The notes below the pieces were generated by a model. That model made no database searches and was not told where the DNA came from. It worked only from the letters and a program-made list of their open reading frames with translations. A stretch of DNA of 64,000 nt from positions 3,041 to 67,040 of the forward strand of contig JBDLIC010000004.1 of assembly GCA_039715075.1 (NCBI GenBank), read 5' to 3'. The stretch is from Nitrospirota bacterium (GTDB taxonomy: Bacteria; Nitrospirota; Thermodesulfovibrionia; UBA6902). The position numbers and the translations under genes are program-made. This document shows positions 42,871 to 51,819 of the stretch, piece by piece; the first letter of the stretch is position 1; each line of letters opens with the position of its first letter.

Positions 42871-43191
42871 TTATTCCAGCGGAGCTGCAAGCAATTCTTT
42901 AAGATGAAATGCGTTTTTGACCGCAAACCCACCGTGGCAGTTATTAAACATCGCATATGTTTTTTTTGCCTTTCTGTTTAATCTGCGGACCGATCCGGCA
43001 AATTCTTTCAGCTCGCTGTCAGAATAAAGGTAGGAATATCTGAGAGATGTTTCCACTCCTTTTTTAAGCCAGTTCTGAGTGTTTCTGCCGTGGAACCTGA
43101 AGTATGCAATTCCGCTCGTGACCTCAGGATAGAATTTGAGGCGGTCCCTGGCTGTTTTAACATTGGGAGAATAAAACTCACCTCTCTCAAA
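42871..43191 (-). pseudogene. C-terminal remnant of a DUF72 (YecE/UPF0759) gene
   Basis: The open frame after the TGA at 43192..43194 reads ...YFRFHGRNTQNWLKKGVETSLRYSYLYSDSELKEFAGSV...MFNNCHGGFAVKNAF. This matches only the last ~105 aa of the ~260-aa family and has no start. Confidence 0.55.
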
Positions 43192-43272
43192 TCAGTGCCT
43201 CTTGATATAACAATTTAATATCAGTTACTATTTTAAACTACTAAAAAATCTTTATTGTAAGGGACAATAATA

Positions 43273-43806
43273 ATGAAAAGAAAAATTCTTTTGACCATAG
43301 GTGTTGTTTTTTTGGCTATCACGCTTTCTGCGGTTCTGTTTAATGAATATGCTGAAGGGACAAATCCTTACAGTTCCGGAAGGATGATAGGCCAGCCGGC
43401 ACCTGATCTTTCTCTGAAGGACCTGTCAGGCAATGAGGTATCGATAGCATCTTTTAAAGGAAAAACAGTTTTGTTGAATTTCTGGGCCACATGGTGCCCA
43501 TATTGCAGAAAAGAGAGGACCGAACTGAACACCCTTCATGATGAATATAAGGACAAAGGTCTGGTGATTGTTTCGGTATCAATCGACAGGTCTATGGAAA
43601 AACTGAAGCGCTATATGAAAGAGATGCCTGCTGAATTTATTGTCCTGTCCGATACAGAGGGTTCGTCAGCCGGATCATATGAAATTATGGGTCTGCCGAC
43701 TTCTTATATGATAGACAGCAAGGGAATAGTAAGGCACAAGAATACGGGGTACAAAAAATGGACCAGCTCTTCTTCAAGGAAAATCATTAATGACCTGGTC
43801 AATTAA
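43273..43806 (+). CDS. TlpA/ResA-like thiol:disulfide oxidoreductase
   Basis: 177 aa; signal anchor; thioredoxin fold with WATWCPYCR. Confidence 0.85.
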   Translation: MKRKILLTIGVVFLAITLSAVLFNEYAEGTNPYSSGRMIGQPAPDLSLKDLSGNEVSIASFKGKTVLLNFWATWCPYCRKERTELNTLHDEYKDKGLVIVSVSIDRSMEKLKRYMKEMPAEFIVLSDTEGSSAGSYEIMGLPTSYMIDSKGIVRHKNTGYKKWTSSSSRKIINDLVN

Positions 43807-43968
43807 GAGCCTGTCGGACTTAGGGAATCGTCACGAAAAATGGATAAATTTAGAACAGATTTTCAAGGTTTTGAGGCGAATAGTAGAGCTATTTAACGAA
43901 AAACCATGGAAATATGAGCAAATTTAGCCATTTTGCAGTAGATTACTTCCTAAGTCCGACAGGCTCTT
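43805..43968. repeat. REPIN/MITE-like element: 20-bp perfect inverted repeats flanking a 124-bp interior
   Basis: aagagcctgtcggacttagg at 43805..43824 and cctaagtccgacaggctctt at 43949..43968; core CCTAAGTCCGACAGG is related to the arm of the 12176 element but in the opposite arrangement. Confidence 0.8.
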
Positions 43969-43982
43969 ACGACCCGTTTTTC

Positions 43983-44011
43983 TTGACAAAATAGTTTTCC
44001 AAGTATAGAAT
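43983..44011 (+). promoter_or_regulatory. sigma70-type promoter upstream of gcvH
   Basis: TTGACA - 17 bp - TAGAAT, about 60 nt upstream of the gcvH ATG. Confidence 0.55.
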
Positions 44012-44070
44012 TTCACTCACTAAAGATAAAACTTATCACGGGCAAACCCTGATAAAACAAGGAGGTCAAA

Positions 44071-44463
44071 ATGTATCCTGATAATCTTAAATATCACAAA
44101 GAGCATACCTGGGTAAAGGTATCAGGCAACAAGGCAACTGTGGGAATAACATTCTATGCCCAGGAGTCCCTTGGAGACATCGTTTATGTTGATACGCCTG
44201 AAATCGATTCAACCATAGAAGCTGGTACGGAACTGACACAGATAGAGTCGACAAAAGCTACCTCATCGGTAATCAGTCCGGTAAGCGGAACCGTCGTAGA
44301 GTTTAACGAAGAGCTCGGAGATTCTCCGGAAATTATTAATGAAGATTCCTATGAAAAAGGCTGGGTTGCGATTATTGAGGTTGAGGATGATTCAGAGCTT
44401 GAAGGCCTTCTGGATGCTGATGAGTACGAAAAATATATTGAAGAAGAGGTGAAGCTTAAATAA
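44071..44463 (+). CDS. gcvH: glycine cleavage system H protein
   Basis: 130 aa; lipoyl-lysine region IESTKATSSVISPVSG. Confidence 0.85.
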   Translation: MYPDNLKYHKEHTWVKVSGNKATVGITFYAQESLGDIVYVDTPEIDSTIEAGTELTQIESTKATSSVISPVSGTVVEFNEELGDSPEIINEDSYEKGWVAIIEVEDDSELEGLLDADEYEKYIEEEVKLK

Positions 44464-45848
44464 TGAAAGTAACAGTTCTGGGAGCAGGTCCGGGAGGCTA
44501 TGTAGCCGCACTTAAGGCTGCGCAGATGGGGGCCGATGTAACGGTCATTGAAGAGAGCGAAGTTGGAGGAACATGTCTTAACTGGGGATGCATCCCTACA
44601 AAGACACTTATCGCATCAGCTGAAGTGCTTCACAAGACGAGGAACGCAAAGAGCTTCGGACTGGAGCTTGAAGGAACGATCTCTCCAAACATCGAGAAGA
44701 TAGTTGAGAGAAAGAATAAGGTCGTCGGGACACAGATAAAGGGTATTCGCGGGCTTTTTAAATCATGGGGTGTAAACCTTGTTGAGGGAAGAGGAGAAAT
44801 TGTTAGTCCGAAAAAGATAAAGATTACAAATAAGGAAGGATCAACAACGGAAATTGAAACAGATAAAATAATCATAGCCACCGGTTCGAAGCCGGCACAG
44901 ATACCGGTTTTCCCTTTTGATGGGAAAAGGATACTATCAAGTGATCATGCCATCAATCCTGACTCAATCCCAAAAAGTCTTCTTATAGTCGGAGCAGGTG
45001 TAATAGGGTGCGAATTTGCATTCATATATAAAGAATTCGGTTCTGAAGTTACGATGGTCGAAATGATGCCGAATGCCGTCTCAACAGAGGATGAAGAGAT
45101 ATCTGCAATACTCGAAAGAGAACTGAAAAAAAACAAGATAAAATTACTGAAAGAGACGAGTGTCGAGAAGGTAGACGTTAAGGGAGATGGTGTTTCGGTC
45201 CAGCTGTCCAATGGAAAAACAGTGGAAGCGGAAAAAGTGCTCGTATCAATCGGGCGTGCCGTAAACAGCAGGAATATAGGACTTGAAGCGGTTGGTGTGA
45301 ATACAGGGCAGCGCGGTGATATAATTGTTGATTCCACAATGCAGACAAATGTTGAGGGGATTTATGCTATCGGAGATGTTGTTGGAGGCATAATGCTTGC
45401 CCATCTTGCTTCGACTGAAGGGACAGTGGCTGCTGAAAATGCTATGGGAGGAAACTCCAAAGTTAATTATGATGTTGTCCCTGCCGCGATATTTACCAGT
45501 CCTGAAATAGGCTCGGTTGGTCTCAGGGAAAAACAGGCTGTTGAGAAAGGGCTGAAATATAAAGTAGGAAGGTTCCAGTTCAGGGCCCTCGGAAAAGCCC
45601 ATGCAATGGGAGAGATTGTGGGTCTATTCAAGATCATTGCCGATCAGGAGACTGATAAGATACTGGGAGCTCATATAATAGGTGCCCATGCGTCTGATCT
45701 TATACATGAGATTGCTTTAGCAATGGAAAAGGGTTTGACAGTAAAAGACATTGCACATACAATTCATTCACATCCGACTCTGGCAGAAGGAATCATGGAA
45801 GCTGCTGAAGATGTCCATGATGCCGCGATTCATGCGCCAAAGAAATAG
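44463..45848 (+). CDS. lpdA: dihydrolipoyl dehydrogenase
   Basis: 461 aa; GGTCLNWGCIPTK redox disulfide; FAD and NAD Rossmann motifs. Confidence 0.95.
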   Translation: MKVTVLGAGPGGYVAALKAAQMGADVTVIEESEVGGTCLNWGCIPTKTLIASAEVLHKTRNAKSFGLELEGTISPNIEKIVERKNKVVGTQIKGIRGLFKSWGVNLVEGRGEIVSPKKIKITNKEGSTTEIETDKIIIATGSKPAQIPVFPFDGKRILSSDHAINPDSIPKSLLIVGAGVIGCEFAFIYKEFGSEVTMVEMMPNAVSTEDEEISAILERELKKNKIKLLKETSVEKVDVKGDGVSVQLSNGKTVEAEKVLVSIGRAVNSRNIGLEAVGVNTGQRGDIIVDSTMQTNVEGIYAIGDVVGGIMLAHLASTEGTVAAENAMGGNSKVNYDVVPAAIFTSPEIGSVGLREKQAVEKGLKYKVGRFQFRALGKAHAMGEIVGLFKIIADQETDKILGAHIIGAHASDLIHEIALAMEKGLTVKDIAHTIHSHPTLAEGIMEAAEDVHDAAIHAPKK

Positions 45849-45880
45849 GGCACTTTTTATTCCGACCTATTAAAGTTAAA

Positions 45881-46711
45881 TTGATGACAACCAGGGAAGT
45901 TCAGATAGGGAACATAAAGATAGGCGGGGACAATCCCCTTGCATTCATCGCCGGTCCCTGTGTCATCGAAAATGAGAAATCAACCCTGAGGGCTGCCGAA
46001 AGATTAAAAGAGTACTCTGCAAAAAACAACATACCATTAATATTCAAAAGCTCGTATGACAAGGCCAACAGGACGTCCATCGATTCGTTCAGGGGCCCGG
46101 GAATTGAAGAGGGTTTAAGAATCCTTGGAAGAGTCCGGAATGACATAGGACTGCCTGTCCTTTCTGATATACATTCAGAAAGCGAAATAAGCAGGGCTTC
46201 AGAAGTACTGGATGTTCTGCAAATCCCGGCATTTTTATCAAGGCAGACAGATATAGTAGTTGCTGCATCCAAAACAGGGAAACCCGTGAACATTAAGAAG
46301 GGACAGTTCCTGGCGCCGGGTGATGTGAAAAATATAGTCAGCAAGGCACTTTCAACGGGTAATGAAAATATATTAATCACTGAAAGAGGAGCGTCATTCG
46401 GGTACAATAATCTTGTTGTGGATATGCGTTCTATCCCGATTATACAGAGAACCGGTTTTCCGGTTGTTTATGATGCGACCCACAGTGTGCAGCTCCCTGG
46501 AGGAGAGGGCAGCAGTTCCGGCGGACAGAGAGAGTTTATAGTGCCGCTTTCAAGGGCTGCAGTTGCCGCCGGCTGCAATGCGGTTTTCATGGAAGTGCAT
46601 GAGGACCCTGACAAGGCCCCATGCGATGGCCCCAATATGCTGAAGATCGACGATTTTGAGATTTTGGCGAAACAATTAATGGAAGTTAACCAGCTTTTAC
46701 ATCGCTGGTAG
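45881..46711 (+). CDS. kdsA: 2-dehydro-3-deoxyphosphooctonate aldolase
   Basis: 276 aa; DAHP/KDO8P synthase family. Confidence 0.95.
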   Translation: MMTTREVQIGNIKIGGDNPLAFIAGPCVIENEKSTLRAAERLKEYSAKNNIPLIFKSSYDKANRTSIDSFRGPGIEEGLRILGRVRNDIGLPVLSDIHSESEISRASEVLDVLQIPAFLSRQTDIVVAASKTGKPVNIKKGQFLAPGDVKNIVSKALSTGNENILITERGASFGYNNLVVDMRSIPIIQRTGFPVVYDATHSVQLPGGEGSSSGGQREFIVPLSRAAVAAGCNAVFMEVHEDPDKAPCDGPNMLKIDDFEILAKQLMEVNQLLHRW

Positions 46712-46731
46712 AAAAGATACAGAAAATATCC

Positions 46732-47700
46732 ATGAAAGAAACTATTGATCAGGCAAAAGACATTTTAAGGATTGAGGCACAGGCCGTTGAAGCTCTTATC
46801 GACCGCATTGATGAAAGCTTTATAAAGTCAATCGATATTATGTATTCATGCTGCGGCAAGATCGTGGTGACAGGCATGGGAAAATCCGGCCTTATTGGAA
46901 AGAAGATTGCGGCAACCCTTGCATCTACAGGCACTCCTGCTTTTTTTCTCAATCCTGCTGAAGGGAGCCATGGCGATATAGGAATGGTTACCAGGGATGA
47001 CGTTGTTATTGCTATCTCAAACAGCGGGGAAACAGAAGAGATCGTAACGATACTGCCGACACTGAAGAGACTTGATATGAAAATAATTGCCATGACAGGA
47101 AACCATAAATCAGCGCTTTCACGGGCATCCGATGTTACCCTGGATGTATCGGTAAAAGAAGAAGCCTGTCCGATGGGCCTTGCCCCAACAGCATCTACAA
47201 CAGCTGTCCTTGCGATGGGAGATGCACTCGCTATTACACTTTTAAATAAAAGGGGTTTTACCGAAGATGATTTCGCCATTATTCACCCCGGAGGAAACCT
47301 CGGCAGAAGACTCCTGTTGACAGTAAAGGACCTTATGCATACGGGTGATTCAGTACCGACAGTCAAACTTGACAATCTGATGCGGGAGGCAATCATTGAG
47401 ATCTCTTCAAAGAGGCTGGGGATTACGACTGTTGTTGACGATGATTCCAGGCTGATGGGAATTATTACAGACGGGGACCTGCGGAGGGGACTCGAAAAGT
47501 GGGGCGAGGATTTCTTCTCTCACAAGGCCGGAGATGTGATGACGCACAAACCGAAAGTGCTGTCCAAAAATACTCTGGCAGCAAAGGCGGTCGCAGTCAT
47601 GGAAAAGCATTCCATTACCGTCCTTGTAGTTGCTGATGAAAAAAACAATATTGATGGCATAATCCACCTGCATGATCTTTTGAGGGCAGGGATAGTATAA
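46732..47700 (+). CDS. kdsD: arabinose-5-phosphate isomerase (SIS + tandem CBS)
   Basis: 322 aa; GMGKSGLIGKKIAATLASTGT SIS motif; C-terminal CBS pair. Confidence 0.93.
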   Translation: MKETIDQAKDILRIEAQAVEALIDRIDESFIKSIDIMYSCCGKIVVTGMGKSGLIGKKIAATLASTGTPAFFLNPAEGSHGDIGMVTRDDVVIAISNSGETEEIVTILPTLKRLDMKIIAMTGNHKSALSRASDVTLDVSVKEEACPMGLAPTASTTAVLAMGDALAITLLNKRGFTEDDFAIIHPGGNLGRRLLLTVKDLMHTGDSVPTVKLDNLMREAIIEISSKRLGITTVVDDDSRLMGIITDGDLRRGLEKWGEDFFSHKAGDVMTHKPKVLSKNTLAAKAVAVMEKHSITVLVVADEKNNIDGIIHLHDLLRAGIV

Positions 47701-47738
47701 GACGATAAATTATCAATTACAAATTACGAATTAAAGAA

Positions 47739-48269
47739 ATGATCAAAAAAAGCATAAAAGAAAAGGCGACAAAAATTAAGCTCTTAATCCTTGATGTGGA
47801 TGGTGTAATGACTGACGGGAGCATTCTGCTTGATAATAAGGGGAATGAGTATAAAAGGTTCCATGTTCGTGACGGTCATGGTATTAAAATGATCGGCAGG
47901 GCCGGGATAACGATAGCGATTATAACGGGCAGGAGATCAAAGGTTGTGGAATTAAGAGCAAAGGAGCTTGGCATCACCGAGGTATATCAGAAGATATTCA
48001 AAAAATCACAGGTCTATGAAAAGCTTTTGAAAAAATATAAATGTAAAGATGAGAATGTCGCCTTTATGGGTGACGATGTTGTTGATCAGGAATTGCTTAA
48101 GAGGGCAGGGCTGTCCGCGGCCCCTGCTGATGCTGAGGAAGAGGCAAAAAAACTGGCGGATCTTGTTACCAGAAGAAACGGTGGCAGAGGGGCTGTCAGG
48201 GAATTTACTGATCTGATACTGAAATCGACGGTCCTATGGAAGAATGTATCAGGGGAATCATTTGATTAG
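47739..48269 (+). CDS. kdsC: KDO 8-phosphate phosphatase (HAD)
   Basis: 176 aa; LLILDVDGVMTDG; GDD motif. Confidence 0.88.
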   Translation: MIKKSIKEKATKIKLLILDVDGVMTDGSILLDNKGNEYKRFHVRDGHGIKMIGRAGITIAIITGRRSKVVELRAKELGITEVYQKIFKKSQVYEKLLKKYKCKDENVAFMGDDVVDQELLKRAGLSAAPADAEEEAKKLADLVTRRNGGRGAVREFTDLILKSTVLWKNVSGESFD

Positions 48270-48801
48270 CATTCCGACCATTATAACCTTAAGCAGGATA
48301 TTGATAATTCTTCCTTTTGTACTTGTTGCTACAGACAATCCCCTGCTTGGCGCCATACTGTTCAGTATCGCTTCTCTCACCGACCTGCTGGACGGATATG
48401 TCGCAAGAAAGACCAGGCAGGTAACAAAACTCGGCATACTCCTTGATCCGATAGCGGACAAACTGCTGGTTATCTCTGCGCTTATCCTGCTGGTTGATAC
48501 AGCCACGATCCCTGCATGGATAGCAATTATAATAATCGCGAGAGAATTTATTGTCACCGGTCTGCGCATAGCCGCATTATCAAAAGACATCATGATCCCG
48601 GCTGAAATGGGGGGCAAGATAAAAATGGGCTGCCAGATAGCAGCCATACTTGTACTCTTCATCGAGAAGACGCTTCTTCTGGACAGAATAATGCCAGACA
48701 TTGATTTTTATTCCCTGGGCATTGCTTTATTATGGACAGCCATGGTCCTTGGTGTCATATCCGGTGTCCAGTACTTTATTCTTTTTTGGAAAAGAATATA
48801 A
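48244..48801 (+). CDS. pgsA: CDP-diacylglycerol--glycerol-3-phosphate 3-phosphatidyltransferase
   Basis: 185 aa; CDP-alcohol phosphatidyltransferase motif DGYVARK...G...D...D. Confidence 0.85.
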   Translation: MYQGNHLISIPTIITLSRILIILPFVLVATDNPLLGAILFSIASLTDLLDGYVARKTRQVTKLGILLDPIADKLLVISALILLVDTATIPAWIAIIIIAREFIVTGLRIAALSKDIMIPAEMGGKIKMGCQIAAILVLFIEKTLLLDRIMPDIDFYSLGIALLWTAMVLGVISGVQYFILFWKRI

Positions 48802-49457
48802 TGGAGAATGCTTTTTCAGGCAACATTCTTTTATATCTACTCATACCTGTTGCCTTTCTTCTCGGTTCAATCCCCTTTGGCATTATTTTTACAAAGGGCA
48901 GCGGTATTGATATAAGAAGTGTCGGCAGCATGAATATAGGCGCCACAAATGTACTGAGGTCAGCAGGTAAGGTGCCGGCAATTCTTACCCTGCTCGGCGA
49001 TATTCTTAAGGGTTCAGTGGCAGTAATTCTGTGCAGAATTGTATTGGTTAAAGTTGTGCAGCCCGGCTCTGAGACCGGAATTCCTGCTGGAACGGAGGAT
49101 CTGTGGCTTGGCATTATCAGCCTGACAGCTGTGCTGGGACATATGCTGTCCGTTTTTTTGAAATTCCGGGGCGGGAAGGGTGTAGCTACAGGTTTTGGAG
49201 TGATGATCGTTTACAGCCCTCCTGTTGCGGGCCTCATGCTTCTTGTCTGGATTGCGGCTGCAGTATCATTTAAATACTCATCTCTGTCCGCACTTATATC
49301 AGTCAGCATAATGCCTTTTTTATTATTAATGTTCGGAGCTTCCGGCATAAAAATTATATTCGGGATACTGCTGGCACTAATAATTATTTATAAGCATAAG
49401 ACGAATATCAGGGCTCTTCTGGACGGGACAGAGGAAAAAATAGGGCATAAAGAATAA
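48801..49457 (+). CDS. plsY: glycerol-3-phosphate acyltransferase PlsY
   Basis: The ATG at 48801 overlaps the pgsA stop (TAATG) and starts MENAFSGNILLYLL; GSMNIGATNVLR motif; the ORF-track start at 48732 is upstream of this. Confidence 0.9.
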   Translation: MENAFSGNILLYLLIPVAFLLGSIPFGIIFTKGSGIDIRSVGSMNIGATNVLRSAGKVPAILTLLGDILKGSVAVILCRIVLVKVVQPGSETGIPAGTEDLWLGIISLTAVLGHMLSVFLKFRGGKGVATGFGVMIVYSPPVAGLMLLVWIAAAVSFKYSSLSALISVSIMPFLLLMFGASGIKIIFGILLALIIIYKHKTNIRALLDGTEEKIGHKE

Positions 49458-49508
49458 TTAAGAATTACGAATTTTGGATTAATATTTCATGAAAAGTTAT
49501 CCTTTTAT

Positions 49509-49598
49509 ATCTCCCCCTTTGGAAAAGGGGGATTAAGGGGGATTTTATAATTACATCATTGAAAAATCCCCCCTAGCCCCCCTTTACTAAAGTGGGGA
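49509..49598. repeat. bipartite palindromic intergenic repeat, copy B
   Basis: atctccccctttggaaaagggggattaagggggatt...aatcccccctagcccccctttactaaagtgggg; homologous to 27072..27169. Confidence 0.85.
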
Positions 49599-49648
49599 AT
49601 ACAAGTTGAGGAGTCAATAATGCAGTTAACCTTTATAAGGCATATTTA

Positions 49649-50428
49649 ATGAAAAAAGCGGTAGTACTTTTGAGTGGCGGGCTTGATTCTACGACTACAC
49701 TGGCTTTGGCCAAATCTGAAGGGTATGAAGTTTATGCTCTCAGTTTTGATTATGGGCAGAGGCATAATATTGAGCTTGAGCTTGCACAAATGAATGCAGA
49801 TAAATATGATGTAAATAAACATTTCTTGATAAATATTAACCTTAATGACATGGGCGGTTCAGCTCTGACCGCTGATATTGAAGTACCGAAGAGAGTTAAG
49901 AGTCAGGAGTCAAGAGTTAAGAGTAAAGAACAAAAGAAAGACGTAGAGCATAACTCATCACTCCAGACTCAAAACTCTTCTGTTGTTCCTGTTACATATG
50001 TTCCGGCGAGGAATACCATATTTCTTTCTTTTGCTCTTGCTTGGGCAGAGACTCTTGGAGCAGAGGATATTTTTATCGGGGCAAATGCCGTTGACTACAG
50101 TGGATACCCTGACTGCAGGCCTGAATATATAAAGGCATTTCAGGATATGGCAAACCTTGCGACAAAGGCATCTGTGGAAGGAAAGGTCAGGTTCAAAATT
50201 CATACTCCATTGATAAAACTTACAAAGGCGGAGATTATTCAAAAAGGTACGGAACTGGGTGTTGATTATTCGCTGACATGGAGCTGTTATGATCCGGAAG
50301 CAGAGCAAAGAGCACAGAACTCAGAACACAGATTATATTCTCCCTGTATGAAGTGTGACAGTTGTCTGTTTCGGGCAAAGGGGTTTAAGGAGGCAGGAAT
50401 CAAAGACCCGCTGGTCGTTAAAGTTTAA
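49649..50428 (+). CDS. queC: 7-cyano-7-deazaguanine synthase QueC
   Basis: 259 aa; [14 protein letters not shown]-loop; C-terminal Zn-Cys cluster CxxC..C..C; contains a ~30-aa K/S/Q-rich insertion. Confidence 0.92.
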   Translation: MKKAVVLLSGGLDSTTTLALAKSEGYEVYALSFDYGQRHNIELELAQMNADKYDVNKHFLININLNDMGGSALTADIEVPKRVKSQESRVKSKEQKKDVEHNSSLQTQNSSVVPVTYVPARNTIFLSFALAWAETLGAEDIFIGANAVDYSGYPDCRPEYIKAFQDMANLATKASVEGKVRFKIHTPLIKLTKAEIIQKGTELGVDYSLTWSCYDPEAEQRAQNSEHRLYSPCMKCDSCLFRAKGFKEAGIKDPLVVKV

Positions 50429-50497
50429 TATGATGTTAATAGATATAATTCCCTGTAATTAAATAGTTATATCGGTTTGTATCGCCTGCCAAAAATC

Positions 50498-50836
50498 TTA
50501 TTCATCATGCTCAGTAGTACTGAACGTATAAGAAGCAACAATACCATTGTCATCAAAACGGATCAAAAGGTCCTTCGCGTTCTTCTCGGTAAATAGACCG
50601 TAACCATATTTGCCGTATGTCCATGTGCGCTGACCGTCCTCAATACCTACCCTCCATGGTGAACCGAACATGCTACGTATATCATTCTGGGTGGTCTGTC
50701 CTATTTTAATATCAGAGACTCTGGATGTCGGAAAGTCCTGGCCGACAGTTGCGCATCCTGCAATGAGCATGATGAGTGAGGTTGAAACAAGAATCAATCC
50801 GGCAAACATTTTGAGTCGTTTAGAATTATCATTCAT
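50498..50836 (-). CDS. small outer-membrane lipoprotein, BamE/SmpA-OmlA-like
   Basis: 112 aa; signal peptide with IAGC lipobox; ~85-aa mature domain. Confidence 0.5.
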   Translation of the reverse strand: MNDNSKRLKMFAGLILVSTSLIMLIAGCATVGQDFPTSRVSDIKIGQTTQNDIRSMFGSPWRVGIEDGQRTWTYGKYGYGLFTEKNAKDLLIRFDDNGIVASYTFSTTEHDE

Positions 50837-51713
50837 TTGTGGTCCTCCTTCTTCTTAATTTACCTTTCATTTTCAGCCATCTTACAGCATTTCCACTGCC
50901 AAGCTCTGCTGCTTTTCTGATATCATTCAATCCGGTCTTCTTCTTTCCCATTCGCCGGTAAGTTCTTCCTCTTTGAAAATAGGCATCTTTTACATCAGGA
51001 TTCAGGCTGAGCACTTTATTGAAATCCTGTATTGCATTTTCATGATGTTTCAATTTCATATGTACCTTGCCTCTTTGATAAAAGTATATATAATTGGGCT
51101 GAATCTCTATTGCTTCATTAAAAGCTGATACAGCATCACTGTGTCTTTCTTCACGTATAAACTGCAAACCTGATTCATATAATTCCCATGCACTCAGAAC
51201 CTTTGATGCAGAACTGTAGTCACTATTAAGATTTATTAAATTTTTCTGGACCCTCTCCAGCTCATCCTTCAATTCTTCTATTTTTTCAATTGACCGTGCA
51301 TTAACGTTTTTCAGTTTTGAGATCATCTCCCTGCCTTCCCGGCTCTTCCTTAATTCATCAATCGATTTAGCAACAGCGTCAGGGTCAGCCTCAATCTTTG
51401 CAATAAGCTCATAAGTCTTTCCATCCCATTTCTCATTAACAATTTCTGTTTTGATAATCCCGGCCGTCAAAGTCGTAACCTCGTCTCTCGTAAGCTGAAA
51501 ATTAACAACTTCAGTCTTTGCTTCAAGGTAAGTGCCGAGCTTTTCGAGTAAAATCTTCTTGACCTCCAATAATGATATGGCCCGACATGTCAACTTACTG
51601 TCAGCATCACTCGCGTCATACGTATACTGTTCCTCAAAATTAACTGTTTCGGCCTGAAGGAAAGTCGGGATAAATAGAATGAGTAGAGAATAAATTAACA
51701 ATACTTTTTTCAT
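50829..51713 (-). CDS. TPR repeat-containing secreted protein
   Basis: 294 aa; signal peptide; C-terminal TPR repeats (AIEIQPNYIYFYQRG...AIQDFNKVLSLNPD...AYFQRG). Confidence 0.7.
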   Translation of the reverse strand: MKKVLLIYSLLILFIPTFLQAETVNFEEQYTYDASDADSKLTCRAISLLEVKKILLEKLGTYLEAKTEVVNFQLTRDEVTTLTAGIIKTEIVNEKWDGKTYELIAKIEADPDAVAKSIDELRKSREGREMISKLKNVNARSIEKIEELKDELERVQKNLINLNSDYSSASKVLSAWELYESGLQFIREERHSDAVSAFNEAIEIQPNYIYFYQRGKVHMKLKHHENAIQDFNKVLSLNPDVKDAYFQRGRTYRRMGKKKTGLNDIRKAAELGSGNAVRWLKMKGKLRRRRTTNE

Positions 51714-51819
51714 TGATTAAATCCTTGAGTTATCGTACATGATTTACATTTGTTGATCAAGTGAAATAATTGGAAATAATTGGAGGAGTGAACTTTTATA
51801 TCAATAAGAGCATGTATGT

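Noticed and set aside
47718-49470. Palindrome AATTACGAATT upstream of both kdsC and queC
   Set aside because: It is only 11 bp and AT-rich, and its occurrence twice is plausibly chance. It was not used as a feature.
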